Source: a virus. From it: a DNA stretch of 48,601 bases. How positions within the stretch are numbered: the stretch's first letter is position 1; the number at the start of each line of letters is the position of its first letter. Below are positions 33,089 through 43,208 of the stretch, one piece after another. The notes beneath the pieces are model-generated. The model did not search any database, was not told the origin of the DNA, and saw only the letters and a list, made by a program, of their open reading frames with translations. The DNA lies in the IMG/VR virus record IMGVR_UViG_3300037511_000156, positions 1 through 48,601 of that record; one strand, written 5' to 3'. The position numbers were made by a program, and so were the translations under genes.

Positions 33089-34471
33089 CTAAACATTTCG
33101 CACGATCGTATCTGCCTCTGTAAGCCATACCGAACCTTTTCTGGATTCGTGCATTCGGTTTACGTCGCTGCGCTCATACCCCTCTTCCTTTTTCCACTTT
33201 TTACCTAATATTTCTAGGTTTTTATGAGCAAGAACATATCCCATTTTATTGTGCATATACTCAGGCATATATCCAGTCTCTAAATAACGTTGAGTCTTAA
33301 TTTTGGATGATGTAACCTCAGTTTTGGTGGACAACTCCACCACTTCGACCTCTTCGGTTTGTCTTTGCCTGAAGAATACGGCCGGTATGTAAATAGTAAA
33401 TGTGTCCGCTATGCTAGTATATGAAAGACCATTATAGTCTGTCGGATTTGAGTATTCAATAGTAACAAGCTCGTTTTGGTCATCGGTCGTCTGAATATCA
33501 TCCGTGTGGCCGATCAATGAAGGGCTCGCGCTCTCGTCATTTATATCGAATCGGATGCGTTCACCACACTCAAACCCGGGTGCAGTCAAGAGGTCATAGT
33601 CAGCCGTAAAAATGTATTTTTCATATACAGCTGGAGCCGAATCTATCACGATAAAATCAAAATCTGCTTTAATGGCAAACGTTCCCCCGCCACCCTGTCG
33701 AACGCATGTAAAACCGATATACTGATATGGCTTATCCAGAGTGACAAAAAACATATATGTATGATAAGCATTATCCCGTGGTATACTGCCAGGGCCGCCC
33801 GTAACCGTCAGAATCACATTTTCAATCATGCTATCCATGCCCCAAACGTTCAATCCAATATTATCACCGCCAGAACCGCCGTATGTTGACGCATTCCTAA
33901 GACGAACCGATAATAGGTATGATCCGGCCGGCCAATTTCCGCCCCCTGGCCGAGCAGCCGATAGGTATTTAGTGGCCTCCTTAGCGACGCCTGTGCCGGT
34001 AATGGTTGAATTAGCTGAGGCAGTACCCAAACCACCATCGCTTGCCCATACCCACCCCTGTTGCGTGCTCGCATTTGAACCTGGGAACGACTCCCAGGGA
34101 GTTATTGAACTTGTGAAATTTTCATTCGTGAATTCGAGATTTGGCAGGAGGTTAACCCCCTCCTGTTCAAACGGAATGGTCGATATTTCAGATCCGTCCT
34201 CTGAATGGATTGCAGTGAGGGTATAATTACCGGGGTCTACGTATTGAAATTGGAATTTTACCGGCTTTGAACACAACCAAGGCGCATAAAAGCAGCGCTT
34301 AAAATACCCTGATGGTATACTTTCATTGTGTGTAGCACAATCGCCTTGCCAGACCTGTATGGGTAATGCGTCGCTAAATATCATTACAAACGGACATTGC
34401 TGGATTTGGTTGGTGTCTTCGCACGAGGCGAACATGGTTAAAATCAACGCTAATGTAGCTATTTTTTTCAT
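33089..34471 (-). CDS. Lipoprotein-signal protein with a carbohydrate-binding-like module, in the tail module
   Basis: MKKIATLALILTMFASC is a signal peptide plus lipobox. The central NLEFTNENFTSSITPWESFPG...GWVWASDGG resembles jelly-roll CBM-type domains. Confidence 0.55.
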   Translation of the reverse strand: MKKIATLALILTMFASCEDTNQIQQCPFVMIFSDALPIQVWQGDCATHNESIPSGYFKRCFYAPWLCSKPVKFQFQYVDPGNYTLTAIHSEDGSEISTIPFEQEGVNLLPNLEFTNENFTSSITPWESFPGSNASTQQGWVWASDGGLGTASANSTITGTGVAKEATKYLSAARPGGGNWPAGSYLLSVRLRNASTYGGSGGDNIGLNVWGMDSMIENVILTVTGGPGSIPRDNAYHTYMFFVTLDKPYQYIGFTCVRQGGGGTFAIKADFDFIVIDSAPAVYEKYIFTADYDLLTAPGFECGERIRFDINDESASPSLIGHTDDIQTTDDQNELVTIEYSNPTDYNGLSYTSIADTFTIYIPAVFFRQRQTEEVEVVELSTKTEVTSSKIKTQRYLETGYMPEYMHNKMGYVLAHKNLEILGKKWKKEEGYERSDVNRMHESRKGSVWLTEADTIVRNV

Positions 34472-34483
34472 AAATTGTTAATT

Positions 34484-37126
34484 CTATTCTAATTCCAGAC
34501 ATTCTCCGTCCTCAGATACCAGGTAATCGTTATCCTCGGACAAGATGCTATCATCCCCGCATGGGGCGTCGAAACGTCCAAAGCAGACCGGTTGAGAGAT
34601 CGAGCCGGTAGCTAAATTCAATGAATAAAGCTCTTTGAACCACCCGGTAACAACTGCATACCCCTTGGCAAAGTTATAGTCCAGGACATCAATTAACAAT
34701 TTTACAGGGTTTGAGTCAGTTTGGCTTATGCCTATTGCTTTTTGTGGAGAGGAGTCAATGGCAATAAACTCATCAATTGACATCGGTATACGGATATCGC
34801 GGGCCCTGGTGGATACTGTAATGCAGATATCCGTCACAGGTATGTCCTGCTTTTCTGATAATGGCAAACTGTCGAAAAATGCAGGATCACAGTCAAATTC
34901 ACTCATCTCCGACACCATATCAAAATTGCCTTCTCCGGATTGGAATTTGTACGTAGAGCCAACATATGCCTGTAGTCCGGCATTTATATAGGGTAGCCAT
35001 CGCAGTAAATTACGCGCCGGCGTGAGTCTTAAATTGTACTTAGCCTCTGGACTTGAAATGCCTGTGACCGAAGTAAATCTCTCGTTAAATTCAGGGAAGA
35101 ACGGTATATAGGTTGCGGGTATGGGGTAAAGCCCCTCCGAAGGAATAGGATTTAGAGCAATGATAAATGTATCATTGTCGAACTTATAATCAGAGGTCTT
35201 TTCCAATGTCTGGCGACGAGTAAATTCAATAGCAGCAGACGAAGCCACAAATTTACTTTGGATAACTATTTCTTTTCCGGTTCTCTTAAACCTGGATGCA
35301 TAGACGTGATTCGTTTGTGGATCATCAATGCCTGAAACAGATTCCGATTTCCATTGCTCAAACCCTATAGTTATTTTGTTAAAATTCCTATCCTCGTCAT
35401 ACTCTCTTTCGAATTGCAGATTATAGAAATCTACAGAAGTCGTGGAATCGTCATAGAAATTTTCCTTTTTGTCTACGAATATTTTTTCATCTCCATCTAT
35501 GATTTTTGTACCGAGCCCTAAATTCAAAATAGGATCGAGCCCATTCCACCATTCCATAAATGACATACTGATAGGCTTAATGTCTATATCAAAGCCTCTG
35601 AGTTGAAGCCCGCGCGTTATGAAATAGGGCCAATAGCAGCCATTGGAGGGGTAAGATACGGATGTATAGAAACTGCCCATTAGCTGAGAGTAAAAAGAAT
35701 CATTTTTACCTATAATTCGGTCACAAATAGCGGCGGCGGCATCATGTATTAAGAATCCAGTGGGATATGTGGTCGGATATGAGGTGTTCGCCGTGACATT
35801 TAAATATGACATAGGAGTACCAGGCCCGGGATAAGGCCGCACTTTTTCGTCGTCAAGATCTATCAAAGTCCAAAACACAGGATCACTGGAGAAAGATTCT
35901 AATGATTCGTTTGTCTGCTGCCAATACGTGGCACTATTATTTGTGCCGCCTGTTACATATACAGCCGCGTCTATAAGCTCAAAAACGGTATCTGAATCTG
36001 ACGCCCTGCTCCATGCGCCTGATGCAGTTACATAGATCCCATTTTCATTTAAATTACCTTGGTCCTTTACTAAAACTCTCGACGAACTTGTTAAAGTTCC
36101 ATCGATGGTCTGCTCACCGGATAGCACTATAGCTGATGTCGTTGCAACGGCAACATCTGTTTTCCATTTTCTTCTTTTGGTTCCGAAAAATGTCCATCTA
36201 TCACTGCCGGACGCGGCGAATCCAATTATTATAACTTCTTCGCCTTTATAAAGTGTCAATGTCTTTGATCCTTCATGCTTAACAACTGCATCTGGACCAT
36301 ACGACACAAACGTTCTTGGTATACCCGATCCATTAACAAGTGGCGATGTGTCAGTATACTTCCTTATAAATATTTCAACAGAATTCGCAACCCAATTTGT
36401 AAATAATACCGCACTCTCAGCTCCTATTGAAAATGTATATTCTCCGTCCCAGGGGGCCTGAAATAACCCTACCACAGAAGAATTATCATAGTCAGTAAAT
36501 CCTGGATCTGACCCTATATCTACTTTTACTTCAGATATAGAACTCTTATTAAGATCGTCAATAATCGTCTTATCCCAATTCAGCTGTAATCCGAATCCAA
36601 TTCCAGATGGAAAGGTGGTAGAAAATTCGCGTTCATATTGTCCCTTATATTGGACCACTTGACTACGACCTATTAAGCTACAAGGCGTATATATCGAGCG
36701 CGGATTTCCATCCAAATCGGAAGCCGATAGTAAATTAACTGGAGTATTTATTCTGGATATGAATTTTGCCCATAGATCATTTCGTATGACCGTTGCGCGA
36801 ATCCTTCCATTAGGCATTTGCACCAATGACTCCAAATCCACTTGCCCATCGAACACATTCGTATATGACACTGCATCCAAAGAATAATCTGCAAGAAATT
36901 GCACAATCTCATCAATACCTAGCGCGTCGGCTGATAATAGATAATCATATCCTCCGTTAGCGCTTCCGGTGTCGCCATAGAAAATAAATGATCCGGCGAA
37001 ATATTTTGATAATGAGTGGAATTGTTTATCGCGCTCCATACGGAGTTTGCCATCTTCCCAACCATCTGGCTCACTTATAGTCAATTCTCCGAGAGTAGCG
37101 TTATTTAATCTAAATCTCCAAATCAT
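34484..37126 (-). CDS. Large tail/baseplate protein (distal tail or hub candidate)
   Basis: 880 aa. Its start overlaps the tape measure stop. Confidence 0.5.
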   Translation of the reverse strand: MIWRFRLNNATLGELTISEPDGWEDGKLRMERDKQFHSLSKYFAGSFIFYGDTGSANGGYDYLLSADALGIDEIVQFLADYSLDAVSYTNVFDGQVDLESLVQMPNGRIRATVIRNDLWAKFISRINTPVNLLSASDLDGNPRSIYTPCSLIGRSQVVQYKGQYEREFSTTFPSGIGFGLQLNWDKTIIDDLNKSSISEVKVDIGSDPGFTDYDNSSVVGLFQAPWDGEYTFSIGAESAVLFTNWVANSVEIFIRKYTDTSPLVNGSGIPRTFVSYGPDAVVKHEGSKTLTLYKGEEVIIIGFAASGSDRWTFFGTKRRKWKTDVAVATTSAIVLSGEQTIDGTLTSSSRVLVKDQGNLNENGIYVTASGAWSRASDSDTVFELIDAAVYVTGGTNNSATYWQQTNESLESFSSDPVFWTLIDLDDEKVRPYPGPGTPMSYLNVTANTSYPTTYPTGFLIHDAAAAICDRIIGKNDSFYSQLMGSFYTSVSYPSNGCYWPYFITRGLQLRGFDIDIKPISMSFMEWWNGLDPILNLGLGTKIIDGDEKIFVDKKENFYDDSTTSVDFYNLQFEREYDEDRNFNKITIGFEQWKSESVSGIDDPQTNHVYASRFKRTGKEIVIQSKFVASSAAIEFTRRQTLEKTSDYKFDNDTFIIALNPIPSEGLYPIPATYIPFFPEFNERFTSVTGISSPEAKYNLRLTPARNLLRWLPYINAGLQAYVGSTYKFQSGEGNFDMVSEMSEFDCDPAFFDSLPLSEKQDIPVTDICITVSTRARDIRIPMSIDEFIAIDSSPQKAIGISQTDSNPVKLLIDVLDYNFAKGYAVVTGWFKELYSLNLATGSISQPVCFGRFDAPCGDDSILSEDNDYLVSEDGECLELE

Positions 37127-39933
37127 ATGCTCATAGATTTAGATCGAGCCTTTCTTTTAAAGTTATCAGTGCTTTGTCGAGTTTCGTATAAAACACCGTA
37201 ATCCTTTGCGTAATTTGGTTGTGATTTACGGAGTTCCCGTATTTCATTCACAATCGGCGAAGCATCGAAAGTTTGCCCCACAAATTGACTTCCTCCGGTT
37301 GAACCCCGTACAATTTCTTTCATGACCTCATCATTGAGTTTACCAGCCCTAACAGCTTTGAGAACTTGGAAAGATCCTCTTGTCTCTGCTGCTGTCATTA
37401 CTGATTCACCTTTTGACAGTCTAGCTTGTATAGAATCGCTCGTGGCAGTACCAGGACCTTGCAAATTAATGACGCCTTTGGCGAATCTAGGCTGTTGTTT
37501 ATTGATATTTGCCAATTGTGCGGCCGTCTCTGCTGCTATGGCTATAGAGGCAACTATGGCAGCCGGATATGGCAACGTGGCAAACGCATTAATAACAGCG
37601 GCGGCGCCGTTTATCAATGTAGCCTTACGCTTATATTCTTTATCGGCCTCGAAAGCCTCAAGTCTTAATTTGCGCTCTTTTTTCTGTTCTTGTTGTCTGA
37701 GTCTATCCTTCGCTTGTTCATTGTCGCCTGCATACGCAATCTGCTGATCGTAGTAATCTTTCAACTGCGTTAAACGTTGATCATAGGCATCAGCTTCGGC
37801 CTGTAGGCCGGATGTTATTACATCGGTTATACTGAAGATCCCCGTGCTGATTAGGTCGTTTCTATGCCTTGCAAATTCTTCTGCTATTTTATCCCAGGCA
37901 TCCTCTTTAATATCAGGGACAATCTCTAATACCAGGCCACCAGTAGGCTTACTGTCTGGCCCTATAAACGGAGTGCCTTTAAGTTTTTCACCTACTTTAA
38001 TATTAATGCCTAAATCTATTGCTCCCTCTCCATTTCCAACAGCTTTTAATCTCTCATCAAGACTTTGTTTTAATCTGTCTATGTAATCCTTTGATAATTT
38101 GTCAGCGGAGCCTTTTAAAGCATTCGAATCTTTAGGGAATAAACCTTCGATAATTTTGGTATTATCAAGTTGCTTTCGGATTTCCGAAAACATTTTTGTG
38201 ACAGACTTACCCAGTCCCAATAAGTCGTTTAACTCAGCTTGCGTTTGCTCTAATGCTGCATTGATTTCAAGTATTCGCTCAGGATTATTGGCCTTTTCTT
38301 GCTCTTCTCGCAGTTCCTTTAATTTATCCTGCAGTTTCTGAATAAGTCCCAGCCTTTCCTTGCCGAGGTTTAATAGACGTTGTAGTTCTTTATTCTCTTC
38401 ATCGAGTTCCTTATTAAGTTCAGCAATTTCTTCTTCTGTGGTTGCCTTCGATTGTTCGTCAGTTATAGTCTTTATCAACTCCCGCTGTTTTTCTATAATC
38501 CCTAAGCTTTTTTCTTCTTCCTCATTGACAGCAGTCAATGTTTGAAGCCTAGCACGCAATATCTGCGTAGATTGACTCTCATATAAAGCCTCGTCTTTAC
38601 TGGTCGCTATTATTTTATTCCTTAATTCTATTTGTTTCTCAAGCTCTCTATCACCTAGGATATTTTGCTTAAGTTCTTCCTTCATGGAATTAACAACTTC
38701 CTGCTGTGATTGTATAAACTGCGCTCGGCGAGTCACCAATTCATCAGATCGTTTTATCTCAGCCTCAAGAAGTCGTATTTGCTCTTCTTTGGCTTTATTC
38801 GATATACGTTGTACGAATTCATTTCCGGATATTAAAGCCTGCTGATTACGGAGTCTATCCTCGTATAACTGCGCTACCGTTATTCCTCTATTGTATGCTT
38901 CAAAAAGATCTTTGAATGAATCCGCATAATCTTTCAGTGCATCAACTATGCCAACGTTAGCGAATGTTTTAGAAATCTCTACTCCAAGCTCATGGTATGA
39001 AACTGACAGCTGATCGACCTTAGTAGCTGAGTTTTCCACATAGCCTCCCATTTTCTGCATTTCTTCTTGGGCTATTCTGGCTACAGCGCGCGTTACCTCG
39101 CCTACGCTTTGAGAGGCCAAAGAGGCACCATTGAATTGCTCCTTTAGTCTTACTGCACTGATACCCAAGTTGTCGAGTATCAACAGCGACTTACGACCAA
39201 TACCATTTACTATAGAATTGACTAAATAATCGACCGATACGCCTGTTTGCTGCGCTCGCACGGCGGCAAACTCCAATAATTTAGGCAGTGACTCAACCGC
39301 TATTCCAAGATTTTTAGCCTGCAGAGTGCGCTGCATCAATTCCAGATCTGTGACTGTGCCCCTGGTGGCGCGCCTGAGTTCTCCTAAAAGTATTTCAGCT
39401 TGTGGTATTTGTCTCCTAAATGCTGATCCAACGGTTTCAACAGTTCCTGCAAGTTTAGCTGCTTCTATACCTGACTGCACAATTTCCTTAACAAGCCCTA
39501 CGGCTATAAATGACCGGACCGCGGATACAAGACCTTGCAAACCCTGTATGCCGCTAGTCTGCTGGGCATTAGATTGCTTTTGAGCATCGGTAAGCTTTAG
39601 ATATTGATTTGTAAGACTCTGTATTTCTTTGGATACTGCCTTGTATTCCTGGCTTAGGTCCTTTAGTCGCTTAGTCTCGTTTTTATTGGTTAGGGAGATG
39701 CTCGCAGCTAATTGCTGCTGTTTTATCCTCAGAGCCTCTAATGATGTGCCGTATTGTTTAGCGGATGTACTAGATTGTTGATAGCCCTTTTGGGCAGCAG
39801 CGCCGGTCTGAGTTGACGATTGCCGAAGCTTTTCCGTAGCCGCCTGCGCGGCCTGTGCCGACTGCGCGGCCTTATCCAATTCAGTAGTATTAACACGGTA
39901 GTTAATATTGACAGTGGCGTTTCTTTCGGCCAT
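37123..39933 (-). CDS. Tape measure protein
   Basis: 936 aa, highly helical and Q/E/K/L-rich. A hydrophobic Ala-rich segment lies near the C-terminus (AAAVINAFATLPYPAAIVASIAIAAETAAQ). A frameshifted chaperone pair precedes it. Confidence 0.8.
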   Translation of the reverse strand: MAERNATVNINYRVNTTELDKAAQSAQAAQAATEKLRQSSTQTGAAAQKGYQQSSTSAKQYGTSLEALRIKQQQLAASISLTNKNETKRLKDLSQEYKAVSKEIQSLTNQYLKLTDAQKQSNAQQTSGIQGLQGLVSAVRSFIAVGLVKEIVQSGIEAAKLAGTVETVGSAFRRQIPQAEILLGELRRATRGTVTDLELMQRTLQAKNLGIAVESLPKLLEFAAVRAQQTGVSVDYLVNSIVNGIGRKSLLILDNLGISAVRLKEQFNGASLASQSVGEVTRAVARIAQEEMQKMGGYVENSATKVDQLSVSYHELGVEISKTFANVGIVDALKDYADSFKDLFEAYNRGITVAQLYEDRLRNQQALISGNEFVQRISNKAKEEQIRLLEAEIKRSDELVTRRAQFIQSQQEVVNSMKEELKQNILGDRELEKQIELRNKIIATSKDEALYESQSTQILRARLQTLTAVNEEEEKSLGIIEKQRELIKTITDEQSKATTEEEIAELNKELDEENKELQRLLNLGKERLGLIQKLQDKLKELREEQEKANNPERILEINAALEQTQAELNDLLGLGKSVTKMFSEIRKQLDNTKIIEGLFPKDSNALKGSADKLSKDYIDRLKQSLDERLKAVGNGEGAIDLGINIKVGEKLKGTPFIGPDSKPTGGLVLEIVPDIKEDAWDKIAEEFARHRNDLISTGIFSITDVITSGLQAEADAYDQRLTQLKDYYDQQIAYAGDNEQAKDRLRQQEQKKERKLRLEAFEADKEYKRKATLINGAAAVINAFATLPYPAAIVASIAIAAETAAQLANINKQQPRFAKGVINLQGPGTATSDSIQARLSKGESVMTAAETRGSFQVLKAVRAGKLNDEVMKEIVRGSTGGSQFVGQTFDASPIVNEIRELRKSQPNYAKDYGVLYETRQSTDNFKRKARSKSMSI

Positions 39934-39977
39934 CTACATATGGAAAATGAGACGTAAAAAATGAAAGGTGATGCCGG

Positions 39978-40319
39978 TTAAGGCCATGTTTCGTCGCGAC
40001 TGAATGATTTGCCGGTAGAATTCCGGGCATCCTGACGCTTCTTTAGCGCTAATATACGGAAATAGTAATCGTAAATACTCATCCAGGCCAATTCCCGTGT
40101 CAATATCGGATCGCCATCGGCCATTAGGACAATGGATTCGTCGAACTCTCTGATGTATTCTGATCGGATGACGGCTGCGTCTCGAAGGTCGGAACGTAGA
40201 TCATCTTTTTCATATCGTTCAAATATTCCTGCAAAGATTCGGGCGAGATACTGTTCAGATTGAGTACATCGCTTATAGGACTCGTCAAAAAAAAATCGAG
40301 CGTACCGGAATCGGTCCAA
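39978..40319 (-). CDS. Tail assembly chaperone, -1 frame extension (T part of the G-T fusion)
   Basis: This frame is open from the U9 run to 45 nt upstream of the tape measure start. It is in the -1 frame relative to 40124..40807. Confidence 0.6.
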   Translation of the reverse strand: MDRFRYARFFFDESYKRCTQSEQYLARIFAGIFERYEKDDLRSDLRDAAVIRSEYIREFDESIVLMADGDPILTRELAWMSIYDYYFRILALKKRQDARNSTGKSFSRDETWP

Positions 40320-40807
40320 ACCTGCATTTTGTTCTTAGCGTGGGCCATATCATAGCCACTAAGGTCCTCGGTGTCATCGAAATATGTTACACTGGCCAGG
40401 CGCTTAACTGTCTCAACCTCGAATTCAAGATCTAGCCGGCTTTTGAAGGCATGAACAACTTTCCAGATCTCGCCGAGGTTTATTGAGCCCTTTTTGCCAT
40501 TTAGCTGGTTTTCGATTACCTCTAAATACCCCTTGGCAGTTTTCAGATCAATCCGCAAATCGGCCTCTTTAAGGTAATTCAATACCCATTTGTATCGACC
40601 GGTAGGCATCTGAAACTCCTTTTTGAACCGATAATATTGGACACCGCCGGCTTTGAATGCCTCTTCTACTTGATGCGCAATATCAGGATGATGGCAATTG
40701 CGTACCGGCTTTTTTACGGCTACTGGCGGGTTTACCGGCTTGCGTTTCCGGGGCTTACTTACCGCTTTCTTGATCCTGCTTTTTGTCGTCTTCTTCGGTG
40801 TCTTCAT
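40124..40807 (-). CDS. Tail assembly chaperone (G-like)
   Basis: 227 aa, directly upstream of the tape measure gene. It overlaps a -1 frame ORF at a slippery run. Confidence 0.6.
   Translation of the reverse strand: MKTPKKTTKSRIKKAVSKPRKRKPVNPPVAVKKPVRNCHHPDIAHQVEEAFKAGGVQYYRFKKEFQMPTGRYKWVLNYLKEADLRIDLKTAKGYLEVIENQLNGKKGSINLGEIWKVVHAFKSRLDLEFEVETVKRLASVTYFDDTEDLSGYDMAHAKNKMQVWTDSGTLDFFLTSPISDVLNLNSISPESLQEYLNDMKKMIYVPTFETQPSSDQNTSESSTNPLS
40287..40295 (-). other. Slippery U9 run for programmed -1 ribosomal frameshifting
   Basis: mRNA reads CUC GAU UUU UUU UUG ACG (0 frame: L D F F L T) versus CGA UUU UUU UUU GAC (-1 frame: R F F F D). Confidence 0.6.
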
Positions 40808-41093
40808 TCGAAGGGTATAAAAATTCGATAAGGATGAAATTTAACCCGCAAAGCGCGAGTATGAAAAAAGGGGCGTGCAAAAAGTTAACCCGCGCGATAA
40901 CGCAGGCCGCTACGCCGTATAAGCTGCTCATGCATGCCGGGCATGAGTAAATAGGCTTTGACCAGTATTCCCCGACTGTCCGTTTAATCCATTCGCCGAT
41001 GAAATGGAATACGAAGCGGGGGCTAAGGACGCAGTGAATACCCCATATTACCAGGGCTGTAAGCAATATCAATTTTAAATAGTGCTCGATCAT
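40755..41093 (-). CDS. Multi-pass membrane protein
   Basis: 112 aa with three hydrophobic segments and an acidic C-terminal tail. Confidence 0.55.
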   Translation of the reverse strand: MIEHYLKLILLTALVIWGIHCVLSPRFVFHFIGEWIKRTVGEYWSKPIYSCPACMSSLYGVAACVIARVNFLHAPFFILALCGLNFILIEFLYPSNEDTEEDDKKQDQESGK

Positions 41094-41815
41094 AGGCCTG
41101 CTTTGTTAAGTGCTAATTCTATTTCCCTGGTGTTGTCCAAAAACATTAAGTCAGAATGCGGCCTATTCGAATTGAAGTCGATAAGATCATCCGTTAACTG
41201 TTCTGCAAATTCGGATATATTTTTCGGTTCAGAATGGAACTGACATCCAAATGAAAGGCTTTCATTCTGGCGATACATCTCTACCGGCGAGAAATCATAA
41301 TAATGGATATTGATAACTACTTTCGTACGTTTCAGTATAGGCCAGATTTCGCGGCCCACTTTATCGGTAACAATATTAATATTAAGTTCCTTCTGCAAGT
41401 CTGTTAGAATCCTGCTCCGGCGATCCGATCCGTTGATCCACCCATAAAACAAATAGTCTATATCCTTTTCGTACACGCCAGGCTCCGTAAAGCCTGGTGT
41501 CACAAGCGACATTTTAGGATGTGAGTAGGCCTGCTGATTGTATGCACAGTAATCCCAAACAGCAATGGCGTGCGATAGTATTTTATGGTAGTTAGGATTG
41601 AACCAATGCGTGCCGGCAATCTCTGTCTGAATTACCACGTATTTCTTCGGCAGATTGATAAAGTTGTGCGCGGCAGCGTTGTAGATAATATACGTGTCCG
41701 GATCGCGACGGTCGATCTTATCGACTATCTTCGCGGGCCGGCCCATACCATTTAGCTTGTCGCATAAAATAAGCGCGGCGTGTAGAGTGTGGGGTGGCGT
41801 GAAAATCTTAAACAT
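41090..41815 (-). CDS. Hypothetical protein in the glycosyltransferase cluster
   Basis: 241-aa ORF tiling with the neighbouring GT genes. No motif recognised. Confidence 0.55.
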   Translation of the reverse strand: MFKIFTPPHTLHAALILCDKLNGMGRPAKIVDKIDRRDPDTYIIYNAAAHNFINLPKKYVVIQTEIAGTHWFNPNYHKILSHAIAVWDYCAYNQQAYSHPKMSLVTPGFTEPGVYEKDIDYLFYGWINGSDRRSRILTDLQKELNINIVTDKVGREIWPILKRTKVVINIHYYDFSPVEMYRQNESLSFGCQFHSEPKNISEFAEQLTDDLIDFNSNRPHSDLMFLDNTREIELALNKAGL

Positions 41816-42480
41816 TAATTTTTAAAGTTTGGTGTGCGGCGATGCCAGCCTATGTGGCGTATGCTCGTATCCATTAATGCAACTGCATTGTACCCGATTT
41901 CTTCAGTTCTTCGGGCGCAATCAATCTCGTCGCCATATTCAGATAATCCGTTAGGGAAGAATCGTTTCAAATCGGACATCCGCCGCAAGCCAGGGTTAAG
42001 GCTGAAGCCATTCCAAACGCCCTGGTATCCTTTCATTACCTCTTTAACTTGTATTCCGGATAATGTGTAAGGACGCCTAGACATCGGATGTCGAGTGCAA
42101 TCATGGTCCCGAATCCATACCTGGTGGATGTCTGAATGTTCTTCCAGGATCTTAAAGCTTTTCTCGATGAATCCATGGTTCTTGTAATAAGACCAGTCGT
42201 TTTCGGTCGTGAACACATATTCAGTTTCCACCATATCAAAACAGGCATCTAGCGCAGCGGAATAACCGCGCTTATTTGGAGGACAAAGTATATGGTCAAA
42301 CTTGCCGTAACACATATTTAATATCTGAACATACACATCATCATCTCCAGAATCATCATGGATGATAGTTTTAGCGAACTTATGCGGGCACAGATTCCAA
42401 AAACTCTTTAGCGTCTGATCAAGCAAGTCAAGCCGACCGGAAGACGTTACAACAAGAGTTATGCGGTCGTATATGTTCAT
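41815..42480 (-). CDS. Glycosyltransferase, GT-A fold (family 2-like)
   Basis: ITLVVTSSGRLDLLDQTLKSF ... IIHDDSGDDDV is an N-terminal Rossmann-like strand plus a DxD-type acidic motif. Confidence 0.6.
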   Translation of the reverse strand: MNIYDRITLVVTSSGRLDLLDQTLKSFWNLCPHKFAKTIIHDDSGDDDVYVQILNMCYGKFDHILCPPNKRGYSAALDACFDMVETEYVFTTENDWSYYKNHGFIEKSFKILEEHSDIHQVWIRDHDCTRHPMSRRPYTLSGIQVKEVMKGYQGVWNGFSLNPGLRRMSDLKRFFPNGLSEYGDEIDCARRTEEIGYNAVALMDTSIRHIGWHRRTPNFKN

Positions 42481-43208
42481 CGGCGCCTAAATATTAAAAG
42501 AGTATTTTTAAACCACGATGTATTATCATCCACATTATTAATCCGGGCCATTTTCGTGGCTCGTGGTAAATACATAAAACCACGACGTTCAATTTGTTCT
42601 ATAGAATATTCTTGTGGCCTGGTGTTCACGTGTCCGACCCCTGCCTGTCCCTCCAAGGCCCAAGAAAATATGAGGTGTTCTGTACAATGCGATGTGATGC
42701 TGTCTAAAACGACTTGCTCATACTGCTTATCGATATGCTCGATAACCTCCAGGCAGATCACAGAGCCATTAGCAACTAGCCTGAGCGGCTTTGTAAGGTC
42801 ATGTATAAGCACATTCGGGTGGAGGAAGTTGTTCAACTGGAAGCCTTCCACGCCTGTACATTCAAATCCTGCCTTGGCCAGCTCGGATATATAGAACGCA
42901 CTACCGCAGCCTATGTCAATTACATGCTCGTCTTTCGGCAGATATGCAGACATGAAGGCCGCGAGTTTTGGGCTGTTAGCGTGGTATGTATCGGCCTGCC
43001 ATTGCGACCATATGCCGTTTATTGGTTCTTCTTCCATTATTTTAGGCTTTTTTACTATTGAATTGTAAGCCTTTTTCATGTTTGAAGCAATAGCTTCCCT
43101 TTCGGAGTCTGCATATGGTTTGTATATGCATTCAACGCAATATGGATAACTGGGATAAAAAGTCTTTATCTCTTCACCACATCGCTCACATTTTGCATTC
43201 AATTCCAT
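42477..43208 (-). CDS. Class I SAM-dependent methyltransferase with an N-terminal zinc ribbon
   Basis: CERCGE...CVEC are the zinc-ribbon cysteines. Motif I is VIDIGCGSAFYISELAKAGFECTGVEG. Confidence 0.7.
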   Translation of the reverse strand: MELNAKCERCGEEIKTFYPSYPYCVECIYKPYADSEREAIASNMKKAYNSIVKKPKIMEEEPINGIWSQWQADTYHANSPKLAAFMSAYLPKDEHVIDIGCGSAFYISELAKAGFECTGVEGFQLNNFLHPNVLIHDLTKPLRLVANGSVICLEVIEHIDKQYEQVVLDSITSHCTEHLIFSWALEGQAGVGHVNTRPQEYSIEQIERRGFMYLPRATKMARINNVDDNTSWFKNTLLIFRRR

